This document shows, in pieces, positions 27,201-40,249 of a DNA stretch of 64,000 nucleotides (its first letter is position 1; the number at the start of each line of letters is the position of its first letter). Source of the stretch: Dipteris shenzhenensis (taxonomy: Eukaryota); the NCBI GenBank assembly GCA_047967505.1, contig CM106538.1; one strand, given 5' to 3'. A program made the position numbers and the translations under genes. Under the pieces are notes generated by a model that was given only the letters and a program-made list of their open reading frames with translations, was not told the DNA's origin and made no database searches.

Positions 27201-27329
27201 GTTACATGCAGAGAGAGAAGCTCTCCAACTTGTATAAATACCCCATAATGGAATGAAGCCCACACTCTTTGGGGCATTGTGTTGAGTCTACTTTGGTATT
27301 CCAAGCATTTGTCTCAAGTGTCCATGCTT
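21292..27329 (+). repeat. Composite tandem array: six LTR-like blocks separated by five ~190-bp inverted-repeat modules; contains 13-bp TGTTACAACTTTG subrepeats, (CCT)n tracts and ~21-bp CTCCTTCTAAACCYTGGAAC subrepeats
   Basis: Blocks start TGTTGACT(C/T)TGTGCCAACA at 21292, 22595, 23414, 24745, 25589 and 26888. IR arm pairs are 22063-22239/22403-22595, 22873-23065/23229-23411, 24197-24389/24553-24745, 25049-25241/25405-25586 and 26340-26532/26696-26888, each around a ~163-bp spacer. Confidence 0.92.
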
Positions 27330-28037
27330 AGTATAACTGAGAGTTAGTTACCCTAACTAGGTTAGTTGAACTAACTGTGGGCAGTTTAACCCTAACTAAT
27401 TAGGCATCTAACTTAACTTCATCTAACTAGATCAACTTGGTTTCAACCCCTCGGTTGGACTTAAAGTCCATTCACACCACCATTAGGACCCCCGCAACGC
27501 AAAATTTACCCCTACTTTAACCCCTCTAAACTCATCCGTTTGGGACCCAAATTGAACCCCGTTTGAACCCAGATTTCACACACGGAAACACCACGTTACG
27601 AGGTATTTTTCCAGCCCATTGCACACCATTTCGGCATCCCTAGCACACGTTCATTCGTGCCCCCGTGTGGGCCTCATTTTGCATTAATTCACTCGTATTT
27701 TCACGCCATGACTTCCGATTAACGATCCGTCTGCACCGGCACATTTCCCTACACACGTAGGACAATCTTAGGCACATTATTAACACGACGGTCCCTACAC
27801 AAACTAACACCACTCTAACTCTCCGAACAACACCACCTCCACACCCGCACTTGGGGTAGCGACACCCTTGGCAAATCACGCACAATTTGCATGCAGTTAC
27901 GTTCCGGCCAACGACTTCGACTCCAACGATCGCCCCATCCACAACTAACTCCACTGCAACAACCGCCCCCGCCTATCCTCTACCCCGAATCCCCCCCTGA
28001 GATTCAACAACTCCCTTTAACTCCTCCACGCCCCAAC

Positions 28038-29180
28038 ATGGCTGGACGTCGTCATGACCATGATGGGGATATCGAGCTCGATGCAGAGGCTGACAACTCT
28101 TTCAATCGATGAAATCACAACAATCAAGGCCGATGCCCCTTGGGAAAACTGGAACTTCCCAAATATAATGGTAGGGGAGACCCAGCTCGCTTCCTCCAGC
28201 ATTTTGATGCCGCATGTCGAGCAGGTGGTGATCAATCCCATGAAACCAAGGTGGCTTGGTTTCCAATGGCCTTAACTGATGAAGCGTCAGAATGGTACCT
28301 TGACCTTCTCGTGGAAGAATGCGCCACATGGGACCTACTTCAAACTGAATTCAAATGTCGCTTTCAAACGGAGAGACTACAAGATGATCCCGCTCTCCAA
28401 CTCAACAAGATCGAACAAGGCTGGAGAGAAGATGTACGCACATACCTGGGAAAGATGAAGAGATTGATCGCCAAATGTGACCCACGCCCAGATGCAAAGT
28501 ACCTCACGGCATGGTTCATAGCAGGTCTAAGAAAGAAAATCCGCAAGGATATGAAAAAGATAAGTAGCTATGAAACATTCAGTGTTGCTCATGCGGCAGC
28601 CATTGACATCGAAGATGGCATGACAGATTCAGACGATTCAGACACTAGTAGTGATGATGCCAGATCAAATACACGAGATAAGTGCTTGAAAAAAGGTAAA
28701 TCAAAGGACACTGCCAAAACATCCAATGAAGATCGCCTAGAGGCCATGACTTTGAAGCTGAAAGAAGATATGATGCAGGCCATGGATCAAAAACTCCACT
28801 TGTCTCAGCCGCCAACTCAAACATATCCACGGCGAGAAAATGTCTGGTGCTCACACTACTTGGCAAATCATACAGCAAATGAATGCCCAGTCCTAAGAGC
28901 AAGGATCAGTGCACAAGCAAATCCACCGCCACGGTTGTGGTGCCATATCTGTGTCATCGGCGGCCATGATGAGAACAGTTGCATCTTCAACATGCGCAAC
29001 AATCCGCCTCGACCTCCACAATACCAAGCGGCACCCATGCCAGTATACAGGCAACCGGCACTTGCACAAGCGCCCCCAGCTCCAAGGCTAAATCATGTTC
29101 CCGTTCGGACACAAGTCCCACAACTACTCAGGAATCCGAATCCACGACCGTGTCCAAGAGCACCTAATCCAGCTCCTTAG
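28038..29180 (+). pseudogene. Ty3/gypsy-type Gag (retrotrans_gag-like) with one in-frame TGA at 28110; degenerate continuation to ~29640
   Basis: KLELPKYNGRGDPARFLQHF..FPMALTDEASEWY..W..LQTEFK.RF..EDVRTY..WFIAGL; Cys/His knuckles; downstream INVITRQQ motif. Confidence 0.8.
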
Positions 29181-29643
29181 CCAGTTCCCATACATCAATT
29201 ACAAGCCGAGGAAGTAGACTCACTATTTGAGTATGAAGCAGAGTACCCAGTGTACTATGTAGAAGGTGCAGAGGGTCTCATACCAGTTTATGCAAATCAA
29301 GTACAACCCAACACATATCGAGCACCAATCAAGTGTTACAGTGATCGTAGAGTGCCCTCATCGTGGTAGCCCCGCTACTTTCCAACACTCTGCAGAGATT
29401 GTGGCATAGGACATGCCTGTATGGATTGTCCCATGAAAAATAAGGTCCTAGAATAAACAGAGGTTAAGCCTGACATCCCCATCGGCATCATTGGGGTGGA
29501 CCATCAAAGTCTAGGTCCGGCAATTCTAAGGTCACAACCTATCAATGTAATTACACGCCAACAGAAAGAGATCACGAAGGACCCTATCATTCCAATCCAA
29601 CTAAAGTGACTTCTGAAAAAGAAAGCACAAGTGCCTCCACCTC

Positions 29644-32600
29644 CGCAGCAGTAATCGAGGGAATTCCCGAGGAAGTCACAGTCATTTTGCAAATGAACAT
29701 GGAAATATGTTTCTTGCAAGTGAAGAATTGCATCAGACTAATACAATGCACCTAGACACTGATTTCAATCCCAAAGAGGATTACAGCTATCAAGTCGACC
29801 AAGTGGAACAGGATCCTTGGTACATCGACAGCAGTGCATCATCTCATATGACAAATCATCAAGAATGGTTCACAGAAATGAAGCCATTAGAAGGTCAAAA
29901 TAATGTCATCTACACAGCAAACAATACACCGAATCCGATTCAAGGGACAGGTGTTATCCCTATGAAAATTTTCACTGGTACAAAAGGATTAGTCAAAGAT
30001 GTGCTCTATGTTCTGAAGCTCAGCAAGAACCTTTTGTCAGTAGGTCAAATGATGGAACACAACTACAAAGTCATCTTCGACGGTGATGAATGCACTATCA
30101 GAGACAAATCCAAAAGAGGTCAGCTAGTAGCAAAAGGTGTCAAGGAAGGACGCTTATACAGGATGCTAGCTACTGTACTAGATAAGCATGCCATGTCAGC
30201 TCAAATGCAATAGATGCCACTATCTGCAAAATGGCACAAGAGATATGGTCATGTCAACTTCAAGTACTTGTTAGATCTCAAAATCAGAATATGGCAATTG
30301 GGATTCCGAAGCTACAGTTTCTTGGAAAGGTTTGTGAAGCATGCTGCTTCGGCAAACAAAAGCGAACCAACTTTGTCAGAAGTACCTCTCGTGCACGAGG
30401 TATTCTTGATTTGATTCATACAGATGTATGGGGTTATGCCCAGACCCGCAGCATCAATGGTTCACTTTACTACTTGACCTTCATCGACGACTATAGCAGA
30501 TATTGTTGGGTCTACTTTCTGAAAGAGAAATCTGAAGTGTTTTTCAGATTCCAAGAATTCAAAGCCATGGTAGAAAACCAAACAGGCAGAAAGATCAAGG
30601 TCATGAGATCAGACAGAGGAGGTGAATACATGTCTTCAGCATTCATGAACTTTTGCGAAAATCACGGCATACGAAGACAATTCACATGTGCAGATACTCC
30701 TCAGCAAAATGCAAGAGCTGAAAGGAAGAATGGGACTTTAGCAGACAGTGCTAGAGCAATGCTTAGTGAAAAGCATCTTCCGAATCAGTATTGGGTAGAA
30801 GCAATAGCTACAGCTAACTACTTGCTTAATCGGCTTCCTACCGAACCGATACAAGGTATGACTCCTTATGAAGCATTCACTGGACACAAGCCACGCATTG
30901 GGCACCTCCGCATATTTGGTTGCATAGCATATGCCCACATACATGATGATCATCGCAGGAAATTGGATGCGAAGTCACGCAAATGCATCATGGTTGGCTA
31001 CAGTGAAGAAAGCAAAGCATACAAATTGTATGATCCCATCAACCGCAAAGTCATTATCTCCAGAGATGTAATCTTTGATGAGGAATCAGAATGGAAAACC
31101 TCACCTACACAGGAGATAGAAGCATCGACTTCACAGTCATCTACAAAACAGGTTGATGAAGAAGAGCAAGAATTGCCAGCAACACCCCAAGCAAAGCCAC
31201 AGCAGCTCAGACGGTCTACTAGGGAAAGCAGACCACCAGCCAGATTGACATATGCTCAGAAAGGCAAAGCAATTCAGGTGGAAACCACCAACTATGCTCT
31301 TATGACTACCATCATGGCTACAGAAGAGCTAGTGTACTTCGAAGACGCAGTAGATAAGCCAGAATGGCAAATTGCTATAAATGAAGAAATTGCTGCTTTG
31401 TATAAGAATAACACTTGGGAATTATGCGACCTTCCACCAGGAAAGAAGGCCATAGCCAACAAATGGGTATACAAAGTGAAGTACAATCCAGATGGCAGTA
31501 TTCAGAGATATAAAGCCAGATTAGTTGCAAAAGGATTTGCACAACAATATGGTCAAGACTATGATGAGACTTATGCTTCAGTAGCAAAGATGGATTCCAT
31601 ACGGTTCTTGATATCACTAGCGACACTCAGTAAATGGAATGTGTATCAGCTCGATGTCAAGAATGTATTTCTCAATGGTTATCTAGACGAGGAAGTCTAC
31701 ATGCAACAACCAGCAGGTTATGTTGAACCAGGAAAGGAGAAAAAGGTTTGCCATCTCAAGAAAAGTCTCTACAGCTTAAAGCAAGCACCCAGAAGTTGGT
31801 ACAGCAGAATTGACAAGTATTTTGCTGATCTGGGATACATGAAGTCCAATGCAGATCATACTCTCTACTACAAAGTTCAAGGGGAAGACATTACTATTGC
31901 ACTTTTGTACGTAGATGATCTGATTGTGACAGGAAGCAAGGATAGCTTCATCAGAAAATTAAAACAAGACTTATCTGCAGAGTTCGACATGAAAGATCTT
32001 GGACTTATGCACTATTGTCTTGGAATTGAGTTCTGGAGAGATTCAGATAGCACATTCATGAGTCAGCTCAAGTATGTTGACAATCTCCTGAAGAAGTTTC
32101 ATATGGCAGATTGCAAGATTGCAGCCACTCCCATGGAACAGAGTTTGAAACTTACTAAAGATTCAGAAAAGCCTACAATCAATGACAGATACTACAGGCA
32201 GCTCATTGGATCTCTTATATATCTGACAATCACACGGCCAAATATTTGTTATGCAGTAAGCTCACTAGCACAGTTTATGGCAAATCCAAAACAGTCTCAC
32301 TGGAATGCAGCCAAAAGAGTCTTGAGATACATCAGAGGTACAAGACATTTTGGGATAGAATACAGAGGAAGTCATCCACGGTTGCATGGATACTGTGACA
32401 GTGACTATGCTGGAGATCATGAGACCAGGAGATCGACACAGGGATATGCATTTTTCCTTGGTCAAGGTGCTATATCATGGTTGTCAAACAAACAGCCAAC
32501 TGTTTCTTTGTCTTCGATTGAAGCAAAATATAGAGCACTCACTACAGGTGCATGTGAGGCTATATGGCTCAGAAGACTATTGTCAGAAACAGATTACTTC

Positions 32601-32876
32601 GATGAGTCAAAGCCAACAACAATATACTGTGATAATCAATCGGCTCAAGCATTGGCCAAAAATCCAGTATATCACTCCAGGACAAAGCACATTGATGTCA
32701 GAGAGCACTTCATCAGAGAAAGAGTGTTACTTGGTGACATCACATTCCAGCATTGTGATAGCAAAGAAAATGTTGCAGACATCTTTACCAAACCACTCGG
32801 TAAAGAGCTATTCGAGAAACACCGACTAGCTCTTGGTTTGACACAGAGGAAGGACATTCCCATTAAAGGGGTGTGA
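29644..32876 (+). pseudogene. Ty1/copia pol (PR-INT-RT-RNase H), nearly intact, with one stop and a frameshift near 30211-30280
   Basis: WYIDSSASSHMT; LIHTDVWG; MRSDRGGEY; YKARLVAKGFAQQYGQDY; LLYVDDL; GYCDSDYAGD..TRRST; HSRTKHID; ADIFTKPL. Confidence 0.93.
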
Positions 32877-33337
32877 TGGAATGTAATGCTCAGTCCTTCT
32901 TCGATTCCCTCATCATCTTGAGGGAAGGCCTACTTCATGATGTTGATCTTGAGGGAAGGTGTTGAGAGTTCACGCTCAACATCATGTGATCATGTGTGCA
33001 TAGCACCATCACGTGATCATATGTGCATAGCACTAACCTTATAGAGTGCTATAAAGGAAAGGGTTAGATTCCCTAACCCTAACCCTAAAAGGGTTTGTAT
33101 ATATTCTATTTTTTCAACTAAATCTAGTGTACAGTTAGTCATTTGTGGTGTGCTCTCTAGCTATGCCCTCTCTCCTCATCTCCACTCTTCTCCTCTCCCC
33201 TCTTCAAATTTTGTCAGGCATCTATGTGAACGTGGAATATTAGATTCTAGTCTAGGGCTTGTAATACCGATGTAGTGGCTAGGGCTAGTTTGAGAGTTTC
33301 GAAGGACACTTCTCGGTCCACTCAAAGACTACTAACA
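32874..33337 (+). mobile_element. 3' LTR of the copia pol element; no matching 5' LTR in the window
   Basis: Follows the PPT AAAGGGGTG, reads TG...CTAACA, contains TATAAA, and is followed immediately by gypsy RT sequence on the minus strand. Confidence 0.7.
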
Positions 33338-36300
33338 GTTTGTATAGTGGCCACGCTATGTCTGTGTAGAACAGAATGAACCTTTGGTAGTAGCCCGTGT
33401 GGCTAGTAAATCACTGCACTCCCTTGGCATTTGTGGGGGTGGTAATTTTAGAATGAGCTTGATTTTGTTGTAGTCCATGGAGATACCATTCTGGGACACT
33501 ATGTGGCCGAGAATCACGTCATGTTTGACCCAAAATTGGCACTTAAGGGGATCCAGGGATATACAGTATAACTAGCACTTTTCCAAGACTAGTCTCAGGT
33601 ATCTCAGGTGATCATCCCACTCAAGCTCACGCATATGTCATCCAAGAAGTCTTCCACAAAGTCCCTTAGGTACTCCTTGAAGATGGTGATCATCAACCGT
33701 TGGAAGGTGGTAGGAGCATTGGTAAGCCCAAATATCATTATCCTAGCTGCATACAAACCCCACTCGGTTGCGAAGGCCATTTTGTGTTGATCCTGAGGAG
33801 TGATAGGCACTTGAGTGTACCCAGAGAATCCGTCTAGGAAGCTATCGGCTTCCTTTCCAACAGATCTATGCATACTCGAATCTTTCCATTGTTCTTCAGG
33901 ACTATCACAATGGGTGACATAGTCTGTATGCTCAATTTCATAGATGGATCCCGCATCTATGAGTTTTTGGATCTCCTCTCTCACTATGAGCGCATATTTG
34001 GGATTCATAGGGTAGGGACGTTGATGCACTGACCTGGCATCATCAAGCATGGGTATACCTTTCATATCTATGTATTTCTAGGTCATACAATCCTTGTACT
34101 CTTGAAGGAGGGCTATTAAAGCATTCTCCTCATTGGAGGTGAGATCGTCTCGGTGATGAATACCGGTTGGGGGTTTGGACCTTTCGGCGCTTGGTTTACC
34201 TCCTTGACCCAGGTTGGGCTGTCATATCCTTGGAAGTACCCGTCTTCCTGAGATCTCTTGTCCTGTTGGTATAAGATCTTGCAATCCTCAATCGTGTAGG
34301 CCTTGTAGTGGGCTGGTACCTGTCGTAGATCCTCCTTCTCTTCACCTTCCTCTTCCACTCCTTCTTGGGGGGTAGTCCTCTTGGTCCTAGTAGGGCTTTT
34401 GGATGTTGGGAGTTTCAGACCTGAAGGGGGCTCTTTCATGGCACTTATAGAGCCAATTGGGAGGTAACCTTGCTTACCTTTGCTCCCCAATTGGAGAAGA
34501 ACTCATGGTGGGTGGTAGTGGCACCAACATATGCTATCCAGTGGAGGTTTGATTTGACCCTTACTGTCCCCTTGCTCACCTCGAGGGGTTTGAGCATGTT
34601 GATCAACCTGAGGGGAGCCAACGAGGTCAACCGCTCGAGTTCGAGCATTGTCACTTGGAGCCCTATTCTCTTTGGGACATCAATGTTTGCCAGAATGTGC
34701 ATCCACTAGTTCTAAGAGAATTCCGCCTTGGGAAGAGGGGCATACCAAAATTCATTGGCCTCCTTCTCATCCTCTTCCTTCCCACAAGGTTGGAATAGTT
34801 TTAGGGATGCTGTCCAGATGGTTGTGTCAGATTCTGCGGCAAATAGTTGTCCTAACAATTGGTGGGTCTTGTAGGTGCACAAGTCCACTTGCATGATTTG
34901 CTCCTCATGCCACAAATAGATGATGTTGGTGCGCCAATTGTGTATGAGTCCGGACATCTGCAAGAAGGGCCTGCCTAGGATGGCTTCATATCCCAGTTGC
35001 TGGGTAAAGTCCATGATTACGAACCTAGCGGTGTACATGAAGCCAAATACTTTAATATTAATATCGATGAGGACTCCCAAGGGTGGCAAAGTTCTGCCAT
35101 CGACTAACTTCACTTCTAGATGGGTTTGCTCGAGCACGGGTTTTCCCCACTTCACCCGATATTCCTTGGTACAAACACTCACTCCCGCTCCCCCATCTAG
35201 GATGGCATCCATCTTTTGGTTCTGGTAGGTTATGGAGATAGTCGCGTTAGTATCATCACCCTTCAAAGTATTGGCCCAGCTTATTGATGGGAATCTTGGG
35301 TAAGTTATGTCCCTTCTCTAGTGATTGATCGGCCTTGGGGCTAGTAGGTCTTGGGGGTAGGAATCGTCCATTCATCCAGCTCGATAGGTCTCGCCAGAGG
35401 GTAGGATTCCCTCATAACAAGGAAGCGATCGGCATTTTTACCTTAATGGAGAGGAAGGCTGCCAACCCCTATCGCAAGGTTCCCGAGAGAACTCTTTACC
35501 CACTGATAGCAGATCCTAAAAACCGTAAAGGTCTCCTTCTTCTTATAAGTTCTGCAATACTGGGTACTCTTGGAACATTCAATGCATCAAGTCTGAAGCC
35601 TCTGATTTACCGAAGCTAGAACGTTCCTCTTCTTCTACCCTTTCTAGCACCCTAAGCGCCTTTGCCCCTCTGTGCGTGGACAGGTGGATTGGGTGCATGG
35701 TATCCTAACCCTCTGCTAGCCTTGAGTCTATGATCGAACTTTTTCTGGCACTCCCGTACTGTCCTGAGCCTCTATTACATATTGTTTTTCCAATGCTGGG
35801 TTTGGATAGGTTCCCTTATATGGAGGTGGGGATGTGAGGCCTCGGGCCTGCACTGGCTTGTTTACATATGGGTCACTTTGGGAGGGAGAGGAGGTGGCAA
35901 GGGTGGCTGTCTCCTCATCAGAGCTGTCTTGAATGAACACCTCGTCGGCTCCTTCACCTACCTGTATGGCCTTCTTGGACCGGGTTTGCAGTGGTTGAGA
36001 CACCTCAGGATTTTGTGGTAGGGGCGCTTTATCCTTCCTTGCCTATTTCTTCATTTCCCTGCCTATGGCTTTGGCCTACATCCTTGTGATGACCTTCAAG
36101 GGTACCACTGCTACTTGACCTTGTTCAATACTTATAGCAAAAGTTAAGGCCGATGCTCTTAGGCGGGGTGATCGGAGTTGTTGGTCATCCCAAGGGACAA
36201 TCCTTGAATAAATGTTCTATTCTGCAACCAGCACACAAGGATGTAGGGCCTTTTGTGGGTGGGACTGCTAGGGTAAGACCTTTGTAAGGGAAGTCCTTTA

Positions 36301-38009
36301 AGAAATGCGGCCCCTGGCACTTGAAGCATGACATCGGAGGGTCTGCGAAGCCCTTATAGGGGCCCTGTGTGGACCCTGGCAAGTATAACACTGGATTGGA
36401 GGCCTTCATGTAACGGAGTTCATGTCTCTCACCCTTGCGGTCCGGGGGGCGATCTGGAACATTGGAACTTGTTGGTCCTCATGTAGGAGGTAGTGACTTA
36501 GGGTGCCACTTCCTTCCTTGTAAGGGTAATAGTCAAGGTGACCGTGGTTCGGATCTACTTCCTCCCAATTGTTGGGCACCTCCTCTACCAATACTTGATT
36601 AACATGAGTTATACGAGGTGGGGGAGTATGGGCGGCGGTAAGAGAGCCTGTTGTGCTCTGTACTACCCAGGGCTAGCCAAAGGGGCACCTTGTGTGTTCA
36701 TAGGGCTAGGTGGGGCCGTCAGGGCGTGGGGGTCTCGCTTGGTACATAGGTTGGGGGATAGGGCCCTCGGGAATCTGCATTGGGAGGTGTTTCCCCATGT
36801 ATGACAGTGTGCACAGTAGAGGGCTTGCCTTGCCCTAAGACGGGGGCACTCATTGGAAGGATGGTTGCCGTTGCATACCCCGCACCACACGTTGTCTCTC
36901 TGTGGAAACAAATGGGGGTTACTCAGTGCCTCCTTGGAGGACCCTAACTTCCACTACTGGCCCAACTGATTCAACAGATTTGAGGCCAGCTCTCGCTCAT
37001 ATCCAAGCCCTTGGGCTCGTTGTTCTCCTTCTTGGTAGGCTCCACACTCAAAGACGTCATCGGTCCTAGTGCATTCACCACGATGTGCATCGCCTCATCT
37101 AATAGCACTGTTTGGGAAGGTGGTGGAGGCAGCACCGTTGTGGGACTTACAGGTCGTAGTGGTGGCCTCACAAGCCTAGCCCTAGTGGTAGAATCCACTA
37201 AGTTGCTAGTACTGGCATTGCTATGCAGGCGAAAATGGTCGAGCTCCAAGAGGGGGCGGGTCATGAGGCATCTGCATGGAGCTTCCTTGCATTGGGCGGT
37301 AGGGTAGAACTTGTGGTGCCACATAGCTAATGAAGGTGGGGGGCACTTAGAAGATCGGAAGTTCATAAGAATTCCCCCCATGAGAGCCTCGTGCATCTCC
37401 TCGGCTAGGGTCTCATCCTGCAAAGTCACTCATCCATGGGTCTTCATCATCCATGCGTTCCCACTGAGGATGCCTTGTGAAAGCTGTGGGCCTCGAGTCC
37501 ACAAAGGTGGTTTTAGTCCCTATCTGTGGCTCAAGAGTTGGTTGTTGCTGACCTTCCCTTCCCACGGACATACTGGCGAAGGGGTTCTCCATGTCTGCTA
37601 AATTCATCCGGCCCAACCATCCAAACATGTTGGTGATCGTACCTCTTAACTTGGATGCTACGGAAGGAGCAGGAGAGTTGGGTGGAGCCAAACTGGTGAA
37701 GGGGGCTTTGGAAGCCCTCTAATCTGAGGGGTCTTGCATTTCCTCGTTCAAGCTCTCCGTCTTGTCGGAGCTAGATGGATCCTCCCGTCAAGGCCCTAGC
37801 ACTGAGTGGGAGCTAGGAATCAAGCTTTCGGTTTGGACTGATCCCAAACTCGGGTGAAAGGTGGGCTGAGCGTAAGCGTAGCTTGAAACACTATCCTCTG
37901 GACAAAATTCTTCTAGATCTCAAGTGCATGTATAAGATCTCTAAAATGGTACACTTTGGCTGAAACTTTAATTCGGTATTTTTTTGGACTACCCCAGAGA
38001 TATCTCGAG

Positions 38010-38125
38010 GGTCGTGGGGATAGGGCTAAGGCGACGGTCGTAGGGATGAAGCTAAGGCAACGGTCGTAGGGATAGGGCTAAGGCGACAGTTGTAGGGATG
38101 AAGCTAAGGCAACGGTCATAGGGAT
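38010..38125. repeat. 26-bp tandem repeat x ~4.5 in the gypsy leader; degenerate copies continue to ~38690
   Basis: Unit GGTCGTAGGGATRRRGCTAAGGCRAC. Confidence 0.8.
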
Positions 38126-39578
38126 GGGAAGCGACACGTGTCGGAGGGATGGGATGTAGGTGGTATCCCCACGGTCGTGGGGCTAGTGCTAAGGCTACGG
38201 TCATAGGGATGATAAGGTCAGTGGGATGCGAGTATTGTGACAGGTGTGGGGTTGATAGTAAGGCAACGATCGTAGGGATAGACCTTGGGCGTCAGTCATT
38301 GGCGGGGGTTATCTATCTTGGCGAGATATGAGTATGGCGACGGGCGCGGGGTTGACAATAGGGCAAAGGTCATAGGGATAGACCTTGGGTGTCGATCGGC
38401 GGGTTATCTATCTTAGTGGGATATGAGTATAACGGTGGGCACGGGGTTAACAATAAGGCAACGGATTGTGGGCATAAGCTCAAGGGCACTAGTCAATGCA
38501 TGTTAGACCGGTGGGATCATTGATTCTGACATGTATTACTTAAGGCGGCAGGTTAGACGATGGTCAGAAGTTAGGTCGTGGGGATAAGGACTAAGCCAGT
38601 GGGTCAATGCAAGTTTGACCACTGGGATAGCGCTATGGCAACGGGTCGACGGGTTAACGCTATGGCGATGACCTATGGGGATAGGAAATTTGTGGGAACA
38701 AGAATTTCGCCGACTTCTGTTTGGTGATTTCTAGTGATTTCTGAGTGTTTGTGGGTGCTATGCACTACCTAAACCACCTATACTAAACAAAAAAGAGCAA
38801 AAAGCATCAACTTTGGGTGCATGAATGAAAGATTTCTACAAGCTGGGTTGTTCACCCTCAAGAACCATTTTGAAATTGAGCTTCCATCTCCATTTTTCGG
38901 TGTTTTTGTTAGGATTTGCTATCACCCACACCTTAGCAATCTTATAAACTACCTTCCTATCAGTTCAAAACATTAACAAACATAAAAAACAAGCTTCCCA
39001 TGCTCAAAAATGCCTTCCAACAGAAAATGACGGTTTTCATCTCTTTTCCATTCAAACACTCACTTCTTCACTCTTTCCACTCCTAAATTCCACTAACAAA
39101 GCTCCAAGTTAAGCTTGAAACAATGCGCAATGGGTAAATTACGAGAGAAGGCAAATGCAATGCAAAAGCATACCTTGAACCCCCGGTAGCGACGCCAAAG
39201 ATGTGGTCTCAACGGTGACTCATGTGTCGTGGGGATCTTGAAGGAATGCCAATGGAGCCTCCACTCCAAGCTACTCCTTGTGAGAGCAATGCAAGGCATA
39301 AGCCATCTGCATGTGTCACTCAAGCGTTGCAATGTGTTTCCACAAGAGAAAGAGGGAAGGGGGAGAAGGGAGAGGAGAGGAAGAAGGGGAGAAGAGAGGG
39401 GAGAAGGGAGGGAGAAGGAGGAGGGAAGGAGACAGTGAAGGGGGATGGAGTAGCAAACACAAAGGCACTACAAGGGAAACAAGAGAACACCCAAAGACAC
39501 TCTTGAAAGAGAACAGGGTGCTTGTATTCCAAACTTATGCATACAACAATGAAGACCAAAGTCAACCATTTGACCTTT

Positions 39579-39930
39579 TATACAAGTCACCTTTTGAAGG
39601 GAGGGCCAATCCTTTTCCTTTTTGCACTCTCCCTTCCTTTACATTCACAAGGCTCTTGGGCCCATAGGGTGCCAAGGCGTATTCTCTATCCTTTCCTTCT
39701 CTCTTCTATTGTTACGTCTATCCGTGTGTCGAAAATAGCACCTGTGTTAACCATATACAAGTCACCTTTTGAAGGGAGGGCCAATCCTTTTCCTTTTTGC
39801 ACTCTCCCTTTCTTTACATTCACAAGGCTCTTGGACCCGTAGGGTGCCAAGGCGTCTTGTCTATCCTTTTCTTCTCTCTTCTATTGTTATGTCTCTCCGT
39901 GTGTCAAAAATAGCACTTGTGTTAACCATA
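39579..39930. repeat. 175-bp tandem duplication inside the gypsy LTR
   Basis: TATACAAGTCACCTTTTGAAGGGAGGGCC...TGTGTTAACCA occurs at 39579 and 39754. Confidence 0.9.
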
Positions 39931-40249
39931 TAAGAGCGCTTGGGACAAACCGGGCATTAGGAGGGGTTCCTAATCGGGTCCCAAATAGCACTTGTGTTAA
40001 CCTTGCCCATTCGAGTCCTAAGCCATCTGAGGCTCAAAACCCATCTGTGAGGCTTAAAACTTGGAGTGGCGAGGCCGAGATCTTAAGCCATTTGTGGCTC
40101 AAACCCTGTAAAGCATGGAACTATACTCCTTCCATGGCTGCGACCGTCGAAGTAAATCATGAAGCCTAATCACCTCTAATCACTCATTACCATGCATTTT
40201 GCGACTGTACTCTGTGGATGTTAACAGGGCTACAAAGGAAATCTTGTTT

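Larger units (their letters stand above)
33338..40190 (-). mobile_element. Decayed Ty3/gypsy element: RT (33338-34100), protease (34712-35266), gag (~36185-37700), repeat-rich leader, tRNA-Asp-type PBS (39181-39197), 5' LTR from 39202 (outer end approximate)
   Basis: SFLDGFSGY.Q..IFGLTNAPTTFQR..FLDDICV; AILDGGAGVS; NVWCGVCNGNHPSNEC. The minus strand reads CA-TCTT-TGGCGTCGCTACCGGGG, similar to the Athila-type tRNA-Asp PBS. Confidence 0.8.

Noticed and set aside
21292-27329. CRISPR-like repeat-spacer array
   Set aside because: The intervening sequences are themselves repeated rather than unique, no cas genes are present, and the context is eukaryotic.
33060-33097. (CCCTAA)3 vertebrate-type telomere seed
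   Set aside because: Only three units inside an LTR; such short telo-box-like motifs are common in plant LTRs and promoters.
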